Of a stretch of 64,000 nucleotides of DNA, positions 53,166 to 61,092 are shown in pieces. This stretch comes from an uncultured Gemmatimonadales bacterium. Lineage in GTDB: Bacteria > Gemmatimonadota > Gemmatimonadetes > Longimicrobiales > Longimicrobiaceae. The notes under the pieces are model-generated. The model saw nothing but the letters and a program-made list of their open reading frames with translations, was not told the DNA's origin and did no database searches. The position numbers and the translations under genes were made by a program. The stretch spans positions 352,001 to 416,000 of the forward strand of contig OY970303.1 in the NCBI GenBank assembly GCA_963716255.1, given 5' to 3'. Position 1 is the first letter of the stretch. Each line of letters starts with the position of its first letter.

Positions 53166-55796
53166 ATGTCGGGAGCGAGCACCCCCCTGATGAAGCAGTG
53201 GCAGGAGGCAAAGGACCAGCACCCCGACGCGGTGGTGATGATCCGCGTCGGCGACTTCTACGAGCTGCTGGGCCCCGACGCCGAGCTGGCCGTGCGCGTG
53301 CTGGGGCTCGCCCTCACCTCCAAGGGCGGCCCCGGCGCCATCCCCATGGCCGGCGTCCCCGCCCGCTCCCGCGACGAGTACCTGGAGAAGCTGGCGGCCG
53401 GGGGCTTCCGCGTGGCCGTCTGCGAGCAGATGGAGGACGCGTCCGAGGCAAAGGGGACGGTGCGGCGCGAGGTCACGGAGGTGGTCACCCCCGGCGTGGT
53501 CTTCGCCGACGGGCTGCTCCGGGAGCGCCGCAACAACTTCCTCGCCGCGCTGGTGGAGGACCGCCACGGCGCGCTGGGCCTCGCCGCCGCCGACGTGACC
53601 ACCGGCGAGGTGATCGTCACCGCGGCCACCGAGGAGTCTCTGGAATCCGAGCTGGCGCGCATGGAGCCCGCCGAGCTGCTGCTGTCCGCCGACTGGAACG
53701 GCCGCGATCTGCCCGGGCTGGAGCGGCTGCGCGTCACCCGGCGCCCGCAGGTGATGTTCGACGCGCGCTTCGCCTGGGACGAGATCTGTTTCCGCTACGG
53801 CGTGCAGTCGCCCGAGGGGTTCGGCATCGGCGAGCGCGACGAGGCGCTGGTGTCGGCGCTGGGCGGGCTGCTGGCGTACCTGCGCGAGGTGCAGCCCGGC
53901 GGCGTGGTGGGCCTGCGCCCCCCGCGGCTGGAGCGCCCCGGCGAGGCCATGGTGCTGGACGACATGACCCGCCGCAACCTGGAGCTCACCGAGCCGCTGC
54001 GCCGCGAGCCGGGGATGAAGCCGGGCGAGGGGACGCTGCTGGGGGTGGTGGACGAGACGCTGACCCCCATGGGCGCGCGGCTGCTGCGGGGGTGGCTGCT
54101 GCGCCCCATGGTGGCGCTGGACCGCATCCGCGCGCGGCAGGACTCCGTGGCCGAGCTGGCCGGCGACAACGAGCTGCGCGGCCGCATCCGCCGCGAGCTG
54201 GAGCACGTGCGCGACCTGGAGCGGCTGGCCGGCAAGGTGGCCTCCGGGCGCATCGGCCCGCGCGAGCTGCGCGCGCTCGCCGACTCGCTCGCGCGGCTGC
54301 CGCGGCTGCGGCGCCTGGAGGAGGGCGCCGGCGGCGGCCCCCTGCGCAAGCTGCTGCGCACGCTGGACCCGCTGGAGGACGTGCGCGAGCGCATCGACCG
54401 GACGCTGGCCGACGCCCCCGCCGCCGCCTTCGCCGAGGGCGACGGGGTGATCCGCCCCGGCTTCGACGCGGAGCTGGACGAGCTGCGCGGGCTGCGCGAG
54501 GGCGGCACCGACTTCATGGCGCGCCTGCAGACGCGGGAGCGCGAACGGAGCGGCATCAACGCCCTCAAGGTGGGCTACAACCGCGTCTTCGGCTACTTCC
54601 TGGAGGTGCCGCGCTCCCACGCGGACCGCGTCCCCGGCGAGTACGAGCGCAAGCAGACGCTCGCCAACCTGGAGCGCTTCGTCACCGGCGAGCTGAAGCA
54701 GTGGGAGGCCAAGATCCTGGGGGCCGAGGAGCGCATCGCCGAGCTGGAGGCGCGCCTCTTCGGCGAGCTGCGGCAGGCGCTCGCCACCCAGGTGAAGCGC
54801 TTCCAGGACGCCGCCGTGCGCGTGGCGACGCTGGACGTGCTCGCCGGCTTCGCCGAGTGCGCGGTGAAGCACGGCTACACCCGCCCCGAGGTGCACGACG
54901 GCTACCGCCTGGAGATCCGCGGCGGGCGGCACCCCGTGGTGGAGACCATGATGCCGCGCGACCGCTACATCCCCAACGACGTGGTGCTGGACGAGGACGG
55001 GCGGGTGATGATCCTCACCGGCCCCAACATGGCCGGCAAGAGCACGCTGCTGCGGATGGTGGGGCTGGTGCAGCTCCTTGCCCAGGTGGGCGCCTTCGTC
55101 CCCGCGGAGCACGCCTCGCTGGGGGTGAGCGACCGCATCTTCACCCGCGTGGGCGCCTCCGACAACCTGGTGCGCGGCCAGAGCACCTTCATGGTGGAGG
55201 CCAGCGAGTGCGCCACCATCCTCAACGGCGGCACGCGGCGCTCGCTGGTGCTGATGGACGAGGTGGGGCGCGGCACCGCGACCTGGGACGGCGTCAGCCT
55301 GGCGTGGGCCATCACCGAGCACCTGCACGGGGTGATGGAGGCCCGCACCATCTTCGCCACCCACTACCACGAGCTGACCGAGCTGGCCGACCTGCTCCCC
55401 GGCGTGGTCAACTTCAACGTGGCCGCGCGCGAGGAGGGGGACCACATCCTCTTCCTGCACCGGCTGGTTCCCGGCGGCGCCGACCGCTCCTACGGCATCG
55501 AGGTGGCGCGCATGGCCGGGATCCCGCCCACGGTGATCGCCCGCGCCCGCGAGATCCTGCGCACCCTGGAGGGCTCGCGCTCGGCGGAGAGCCGCGTCAT
55601 CGAGCACCTGGCCGAGGAGGTGTACCTGGCGGACACGGCGCAGCGCGCGGCCGAGCGGGCCCCTGCTCCGTCCGCGCCGCCCGCGGACGGCCCCGAGCGC
55701 CGCGTCGCCGAGCGCATCCGCGCCGTGGACCCCAACCGGCTGACGCCCATGGACGCGCTGTCGCTGCTCACCGAGCTGCGCGGCGAGCTGGCGTAG
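53166..55796 (+). CDS. mutS: DNA mismatch repair protein MutS
   Basis: TPLMKQW..K, GDFYEL mismatch motif, RHPVVE, Walker A GPNMAGKST, GQSTFMVE, Walker B LMDEVGRGT, FATHYHEL, SYGIEVA, TPMDAL. ATG at 53166 follows GGAG. Confidence 0.96.
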   Translation: MSGASTPLMKQWQEAKDQHPDAVVMIRVGDFYELLGPDAELAVRVLGLALTSKGGPGAIPMAGVPARSRDEYLEKLAAGGFRVAVCEQMEDASEAKGTVRREVTEVVTPGVVFADGLLRERRNNFLAALVEDRHGALGLAAADVTTGEVIVTAATEESLESELARMEPAELLLSADWNGRDLPGLERLRVTRRPQVMFDARFAWDEICFRYGVQSPEGFGIGERDEALVSALGGLLAYLREVQPGGVVGLRPPRLERPGEAMVLDDMTRRNLELTEPLRREPGMKPGEGTLLGVVDETLTPMGARLLRGWLLRPMVALDRIRARQDSVAELAGDNELRGRIRRELEHVRDLERLAGKVASGRIGPRELRALADSLARLPRLRRLEEGAGGGPLRKLLRTLDPLEDVRERIDRTLADAPAAAFAEGDGVIRPGFDAELDELRGLREGGTDFMARLQTRERERSGINALKVGYNRVFGYFLEVPRSHADRVPGEYERKQTLANLERFVTGELKQWEAKILGAEERIAELEARLFGELRQALATQVKRFQDAAVRVATLDVLAGFAECAVKHGYTRPEVHDGYRLEIRGGRHPVVETMMPRDRYIPNDVVLDEDGRVMILTGPNMAGKSTLLRMVGLVQLLAQVGAFVPAEHASLGVSDRIFTRVGASDNLVRGQSTFMVEASECATILNGGTRRSLVLMDEVGRGTATWDGVSLAWAITEHLHGVMEARTIFATHYHELTELADLLPGVVNFNVAAREEGDHILFLHRLVPGGADRSYGIEVARMAGIPPTVIARAREILRTLEGSRSAESRVIEHLAEEVYLADTAQRAAERAPAPSAPPADGPERRVAERIRAVDPNRLTPMDALSLLTELRGELA

Positions 55797-55803
55797 CCCG
55801 CGC

Positions 55804-56754
55804 TCACCCGGCGGGCGGCCTGCCGGCCATCGCCTCCAGGTTGAAGCGCACCAGCAGCTCCGCCAGCTCCTCCGTCGCCTCGGCGCCGATCATGGGCTCG
55901 GGCGGAAAGGAGGGCGGCAGCTCCACCCCCGGGAGCAGCGCCCGCGCCGCCGGCGACACCAGCACCGGACGCGAAGGGTCCAGCCGCGCGACCGCCTCCG
56001 GGTCGCGCGCGGACACCCCGTGGACGCGCCCCCCGTACACGCTGCCGGCGATCAGGCGCACGCGCTCCACGAACGGCTCGTCGGCGTACAGCACGTCCAG
56101 CTCCTCCGCCGCCAGCCGCCGCTGGAGCTCGCGCGTGAACAGCCGGTTCAGGCGGATCACCACCAGCGGCTTCCCCAGCCGGGCCGCCGCGTCGCGGGCC
56201 TCGCCGGCGTGGAAGGCGGTGGTCGCCACCACGTCCGCCGCCGCCAGCTCCGGCGGCGGGGCTCCCCCGGACAGCCGGTCCGCGTGCACCGCCGACACGG
56301 CGAAGCCGAAATCGTCCCGCAGCTCCCCCCCGAAAGCCTGCAGCTGGTCCGCGGTGGACTCCACGAAGGCGCAGCGCACCGTGGCCGCCGCCGTGCAGCC
56401 GCGCACGAACTCCGGCAGGCCGGGGACGGCGATGCGCCGCGTCCACGCCTCGCGCAGCACGCCCACCATCCACCGCGCCGTCTCCGCCAGCACCCGCCCG
56501 CCGATGCGCTCCTGCGGCGCCACGTACACCCCCGAGCGCCCCCGCACCTCCACCAGCCCCTCCGCCTCCAGCCGCCGGTAGACGCGGGCCACCGCCCGCA
56601 GGTCCGCGCCCGTCTCCTCCGCCACCTCGCGATAGCTGGGGAGCCGGTCGCCCACGTCCAGCCGCCCGGTATGGATCCGACCCACGATCCTCGACCGTAT
56701 CATCTCCGCGAGCTGGACGTCGCTCCACCGCTCGCGCTCCCGCAGCTCTCGCAT
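55804..56754 (-). CDS. GntR-family transcriptional regulator
   Basis: N-terminal winged helix IRSRIVGRIHTGRLDVGDRLPSYREVA...VARVYRRLEAEGLVEVRGRSGVYV; C-terminal domain unassigned. Confidence 0.85.
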   Translation of the reverse strand: MRELRERERWSDVQLAEMIRSRIVGRIHTGRLDVGDRLPSYREVAEETGADLRAVARVYRRLEAEGLVEVRGRSGVYVAPQERIGGRVLAETARWMVGVLREAWTRRIAVPGLPEFVRGCTAAATVRCAFVESTADQLQAFGGELRDDFGFAVSAVHADRLSGGAPPPELAAADVVATTAFHAGEARDAAARLGKPLVVIRLNRLFTRELQRRLAAEELDVLYADEPFVERVRLIAGSVYGGRVHGVSARDPEAVARLDPSRPVLVSPAARALLPGVELPPSFPPEPMIGAEATEELAELLVRFNLEAMAGRPPAG

Positions 56755-56934
56755 GCCGCTCCCTCCCCCTGAGACAGTTCCGGTTTCCGGCTGGAATACT
56801 GTTGCAAAAAACGCATCAGTTTGGGAACGTCACTTGCGAAAACCGCGCCCGCCGCCGCACCGAAGCGAGCGGCCGGCGCGCCGGGCCACGTCCGGCAGGG
56901 CGCGTCACCACGTCCAAGACCCGGAGGCAAGCAG

Positions 56935-58029
56935 ATGCACACGCCGAGACCCGGCGCCGCCCGCGGCGCGCTCGCCCTTTCGCTCGTCCTGCTCGGCGCA
57001 TGCGGCGGCGGCATGGCCGGCGCCATGGAGACCGCCCCCCGGCCCAGCGCGGGCGCGCCGATGCCCGCCGCCGACCGCGACATGCAGGCGGTGCTGGACC
57101 AGCTCGCCGCCCTGGGCGCGCGTCCCGTCGAGACGCTTTCCGTGGAGCAGGCCCGCGCCCAGCCCTCCCCCGCCGACGCCGTCAAGGCGCTGCTCCGGCA
57201 GCAGGAGCGCAGCACCGCGCCCGAGCCGGTGGGGAGCGTGCGGGACCGCACCGTCCCCGGCCCCGCCGGCCCCATCCCGGTGCGCGTCTACACCCCGGCC
57301 GGGACCGGCCCCTTTCCGGTGATCGTGTACGTGCACGGCGGCGGCTGGGTGATCGCGAACCTCGACACCTACGACGCGTCGGCGCGCGCGCTGGCCAACG
57401 CCGCGAACGCGGTGGTGGTTTCGGTGGAGTACCGCCACGCGCCGGAGCACAAGTTCCCGGCGGCGCACGAGGACACCTGGGCCGCCTACCGCTGGGTGGT
57501 CGCCAACGCCGCGCAGGTGGGCGGAGACCCGGAGCGGATCGCGGTGGCCGGCGAGAGCGCGGGCGGCAACATGGCCGCCAACCTGTCCATCCGCGCCCGC
57601 GACGAGGGGGTGAAGCTCCCCGTGCACCAGCTGCTGGTATACCCGGTGGCCGGCACCGACATGAACACCCCGTCGTACCTCCAGAACGCCGACGCGAAGC
57701 CGCTGAGCCGCGGGGGGATGATGTGGTTCGCGCGGCACACGCTGCGCTCCCCGGCCGACGCCGCCGACCGACGCCTCAACTTAGTGGCCGCGAACCTGAC
57801 CGGCCTCCCGCCCACCACCATCATCGCCGCCGAGATCGACCCGCTGCGCTCCGAGGGCTCCGTGCTCGCCGAGAGGCTGCGCGCCGCGGGGGTGGACGTG
57901 GACTACCAGAGCTTCGAGGGCGCGGCCCACGAGTTCTTCGGCATGGGCGCCGTGGTGGGCGACGCCCGCGACGCCGTCATCCGGGCCGGCGCGCGCCTGC
58001 GCGCCTCGTTCGCGCGCGGAGGGATGTAG
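56935..58029 (+). CDS. Alpha/beta hydrolase (HSL family esterase/lipase), lipoprotein
   Basis: HGGGW, GESAGG nucleophile elbow, DPL and HEF catalytic motifs, lipobox LLGAC. ATG at 56935 follows GGAGG. Confidence 0.92.
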   Translation: MHTPRPGAARGALALSLVLLGACGGGMAGAMETAPRPSAGAPMPAADRDMQAVLDQLAALGARPVETLSVEQARAQPSPADAVKALLRQQERSTAPEPVGSVRDRTVPGPAGPIPVRVYTPAGTGPFPVIVYVHGGGWVIANLDTYDASARALANAANAVVVSVEYRHAPEHKFPAAHEDTWAAYRWVVANAAQVGGDPERIAVAGESAGGNMAANLSIRARDEGVKLPVHQLLVYPVAGTDMNTPSYLQNADAKPLSRGGMMWFARHTLRSPADAADRRLNLVAANLTGLPPTTIIAAEIDPLRSEGSVLAERLRAAGVDVDYQSFEGAAHEFFGMGAVVGDARDAVIRAGARLRASFARGGM

Positions 58030-58067
58030 CCCACGCGGGGACGCGGGGGGTCAGGGAGCCCGCACTC

Positions 58068-58244
58068 GCGGACGCAGCGCAACCCCCGCGTGAGGGATTT
58101 CGGCCCGAAGGGGCGAGACCTGGCGGGGTAGTTTCCGCCGGGGCTCGACTCCGTTGCAGACGGTTGTTTCGTCTGCTACGGAGCCGAAGCCCGACCCCGG
58201 CGCCAGCCGGGGGCACGCCCGAACCCGGCCGTACAACCAAGCCG
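58068..58244 (-). ncRNA. Candidate structured RNA / repeat element, copy 1
   Basis: On the minus strand: GGGCGTG...CCCCGG-CTGGCG-CCGGGG-TCGGGCT...ATCCCTCACGC. Homologous to 60292-60461 with compensatory stem changes. Confidence 0.7.
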
Positions 58245-59186
58245 TCAGTCCGCGAATGCCACTTCCCCCCGCGCCCGCCGCTCCAGCGGAAGCAGCGCGT
58301 GGTACATGACCCGGTGCAGCGGCGTGACGACCCCGCTCGCCGCCCCCAGCCGGACCACCGCCCCGCACCACGCCTCCAGCTCCGAGGGCCGCCCGCCCGC
58401 CACGTCCCGCTGGAGCGAGGTGGTCCCCTCCGCCGGCTGCGCGTCCACGAAGCCCATGGTCCGCTCCACCACGTCGTCCGGCAGACGGATCCCGCGCGCC
58501 CGCGCCACGGCCAGGATCTCCCCCATCGCCTCCTCCAGCAGCCGGCGCGTCTCCGGCATGACTCGCAGCACGCCGACCGGCGCGCGCGCCAGGGCGCCCA
58601 CGCCGCCCATGGGGACCACGAACAGGAACTTGGCCCACAGGTCCGCCAGCACGTCGTCGGGCGTCGCCGCCGCCACCCCCGCCGCCGCAAGCACCTCCCG
58701 CAGCCGCTCCACCCGCGCCGTGGGCGGGCCGTCCCACTCGCCGAAGGTGACGGACGCCGGCCCGCCGCCGTGCACCACCACCCCCGGCCCGTCCACCCGG
58801 CTGAAGATGCGCGCCACGCCGGGGAGCACGCGCTCCCTCCCCACCACCTCCGCCGCCTGGGCGGGCGCCTCCACCCCGTTCTGCAGCGTCACCACCACGG
58901 TGTCCGGCCCCAGCAGCGGTGCCGCGGTCCGGCACGCCTCCGCCACCTGCCACGTCTTGGTCGCCACCAGCACCGCGTCCACCGGCCCCACCTCCGCCGG
59001 CCGGTCCGTCGCCCGCACGGGGTGCACGGTGAAGTCGCCGGCCACGCTCCGCACCCGCAGCCCGTCCCGCCGCATGGCCGCCAGGTGCTCGCCGCGCGCG
59101 ACGAAGGACACGTCGTTCCCCGCCCGGGCGAGCCGCCCGCCGAAATAGCCGCCGACGCCGCCGGCGCCGATGATCGCGATGCGCAT
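58245..59186 (-). CDS. panE: 2-dehydropantoate 2-reductase (PanE/ApbA family)
   Basis: Rossmann IAIIGAGGVGG, VATK, LQNG, LWAKF, SLQRD..GRPSELE. Confidence 0.88.
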   Translation of the reverse strand: MRIAIIGAGGVGGYFGGRLARAGNDVSFVARGEHLAAMRRDGLRVRSVAGDFTVHPVRATDRPAEVGPVDAVLVATKTWQVAEACRTAAPLLGPDTVVVTLQNGVEAPAQAAEVVGRERVLPGVARIFSRVDGPGVVVHGGGPASVTFGEWDGPPTARVERLREVLAAAGVAAATPDDVLADLWAKFLFVVPMGGVGALARAPVGVLRVMPETRRLLEEAMGEILAVARARGIRLPDDVVERTMGFVDAQPAEGTTSLQRDVAGGRPSELEAWCGAVVRLGAASGVVTPLHRVMYHALLPLERRARGEVAFAD

Positions 59187-59283
59187 GGACCTCTCCTGGA
59201 GCGAATCGGGAGGCGGCGCGAGGAGGCTCGGCCGCCGGGACGATCATCGTACCGCGGGGCGCGGCGGGGCACAACGGAACGAT

Positions 59284-59301
59284 GGAAACGACATCGTTTC
59301 C
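59284..59301. promoter_or_regulatory. Perfect 8-2-8 palindrome, putative operator in the divergent panE/nuclease promoter region
   Basis: GGAAACGA-CA-TCGTTTCC in a relatively AT-rich intergenic region. Confidence 0.45.
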
Positions 59302-59398
59302 GGACTGAAACGCGAACATGGTGGCGCACTGATTTCCCGGCGCTTACTTTCCGCCGTGTTCCGCAGGAAATCCAGGACTCTCCCCCGAGGAGCCGAGC

Positions 59399-60271
59399 AT
59401 GCACCCCACCCGTGGCGTGTCGTCGTTCCGGCTGTACCCCGCCGTACTCGCTTCCCTGGCCGCGCTGCTCGCCGCGTGCGCCCCGGACCAGACGGTCCCC
59501 ACCGCCCCGGCCGCGCCGGAGGCACCCGCCTTCTACACCTACCCCAGCGCCATCTACCGCAGCCACGTGGAGTTCGGCACCCCGTACGACGCGAACTCGA
59601 GCAACGACCTGATCCTGTCCAAGCGCACCTTCACCTCGTCGCACAACTGCGCCGAGGGCGGGCCCAACTGGGTGTCGTACAACCTCAACAAGACGCACTA
59701 CGGCGACGCGGCGCGCTCCACCAGCTTCTACTCCGACGCCAGCCTCCCCGGCACCTGCTACCACGTCGTCACGTCCGACTACACCAACTCCGGCTACTCC
59801 CGCGGCCACATGGCGCGCAGCGAGGAGCGCACCTGGTCCGTGGACGACAACAAGCAGACGTTCCTGATGACCAACATCCTCCCGCAGTACCAGGACCTGA
59901 ACGGGGGGCCGTGGTACAAGTTCGAGCAGTACCTCCAGGACCTGGCGCAGAACCAGAACAAGGAGATCTACGTCATCTCCGGCGGCACCGGGAACCGGGG
60001 AACGCTGAACGGGGCCGGCAAGGTGGTGATTCCCACCTACACCTGGAAGATCGCCGTGGTCATGCCGTACGGTCAGGGGCTCGCCAACGCCACCTCCACC
60101 GGCAGCCTGCAGGTGATCGCGGTGGACATGCCCAACGTCACCGGCATCGCCGCGCGGCCGTGGACCGACTACAAGACCACCGTCGACCAGCTGGAAACCT
60201 TCTCCGGGTACAACTTCCTCGACCGGCTCCCCGACAGCATCGAGACGTACTGGGAGAGCCGGGTGTTCTGA
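59399..60271 (+). CDS. DNA/RNA non-specific endonuclease (NucA/Serratia-type His-Me finger), lipoprotein
   Basis: PNWVSYNL, YSRGHM active site, FLMTNILPQ...LNGGPW..FE, IPTYTWK, VDQLETFSGYNF; lipobox LLAAC. Confidence 0.92.
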   Translation: MHPTRGVSSFRLYPAVLASLAALLAACAPDQTVPTAPAAPEAPAFYTYPSAIYRSHVEFGTPYDANSSNDLILSKRTFTSSHNCAEGGPNWVSYNLNKTHYGDAARSTSFYSDASLPGTCYHVVTSDYTNSGYSRGHMARSEERTWSVDDNKQTFLMTNILPQYQDLNGGPWYKFEQYLQDLAQNQNKEIYVISGGTGNRGTLNGAGKVVIPTYTWKIAVVMPYGQGLANATSTGSLQVIAVDMPNVTGIAARPWTDYKTTVDQLETFSGYNFLDRLPDSIETYWESRVF

Positions 60272-60291
60272 CCTTTTCTCAAGGCTTTCAA

Positions 60292-60461
60292 CGGCTTTGA
60301 ACGGCGGGTCTGGGCGTGTCCCCGGCTGGCGCCGGGGTCGGGCTTCGGCTCCGTAAGCCCGCAAACAACGCGGGCTAACGGAGTCGAGCCCCCGCAAACT
60401 GCAGCGGGGTCTCGCCCCTTCGGGCCGGAATCCCTCACGCGGGGCTCGCGCTGGCGTCCGC
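60292..60461 (+). ncRNA. Candidate structured RNA / repeat element, copy 2
   Basis: GGGCGTGTCCCCGGCTGGCGCCGGGGTCGGGCT...ATCCCTCACGC, inverted relative to copy 1. Confidence 0.7.
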
Positions 60462-60463
60462 AT

Positions 60464-60530
60464 GGGGCCCCCTACCCGGCTCGCTTGAGGCTCGCCGCCC
60501 TCCCCCGATCCTGGGGGAGGGCTTCCTGTC
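60464..60530. repeat. Intergenic copy of the palindromic unit found inside the NRPS A domains
   Basis: ggggccccctacccggctcgcttgaggctcgccgccctcccccgatcctgggggagggcttcctg closely matches 36747-36809. Confidence 0.85.
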
Positions 60531-60864
60531 GTTCCGGGATCTGCGCAGGGAGGTCGGGGGAGGGTCCGCAGGCGGTGCGTTTGTTCGAAGCCAGCGTGAT
60601 CCTGCCCGTACTCGGAGGGTGGGCGAGTGCTCTTGCGAGTCCCTTCGGGTATCGCACCGCCGGAGGAGCGCTCACCCGGCCGACCCCAAACCGGGATCCT
60701 GCCGTAGCGGACCGCCCGCCCCGTAGTCCCACAGGATCTGGACAGGAGCGCAGAATCCGTAGACGACGGCAGGAAACCTTTCGATTACTGGCGGGAACAG
60801 TGCGGATCGGGTATCTTGTGCACACTCCCACGTCCACGAAACACCTCGTCACCCCGGAACCGAA

Positions 60865-61092
60865 ATGAAGAATCCGCGCGCGCTCACAGCGCTGGCACTC
60901 GTCGCGATGGCCGTGAGTGCCTGCGCCGACGGGGGCGCTGCCGGCCCCACCGCGCCCGAGGGGCCCCGCTACAACGGCGGTCTGTACGGGTCCGGGGGAA
61001 AGAGCGACGGCACGGGGACGGTGACCGGGTCCGAGGTGGCTCCGGGCTACGGCGGGGTGAGAGGGGGAGAGACGGCGGGCGGCACGGTCTGA
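60865..61092 (+). CDS. Small Gly-rich lipoprotein / secreted peptide precursor (75 aa)
   Basis: MKNPRALTALALVAMAVSAC| signal peptide with lipobox; mature part includes RYNGGLYGSGG. Confidence 0.75.
   Translation: MKNPRALTALALVAMAVSACADGGAAGPTAPEGPRYNGGLYGSGGKSDGTGTVTGSEVAPGYGGVRGGETAGGTV

Noticed and set aside
53166..55796. mutS as an unusual or inactive paralogue (IRVGDFYEL instead of the usual FRMGDFYEL)
   Set aside because: The Phe-X-Glu motif and all ATPase motifs are intact; paralogy cannot be judged from this window.
51059..56581. 1840-aa plus-strand ORF and 966-aa minus-strand ORF over the kinase/mutS region
   Set aside because: Alternative-frame or antisense shadows of mutS and the kinase.
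58068..60461. Possibility that the paired elements are integron attC sites, tRNAs or simple terminators
   Set aside because: No RYYYAAC/GTTRRRY box arrangement or integrase, no cloverleaf or T-loop, and no U-tract after the stems.
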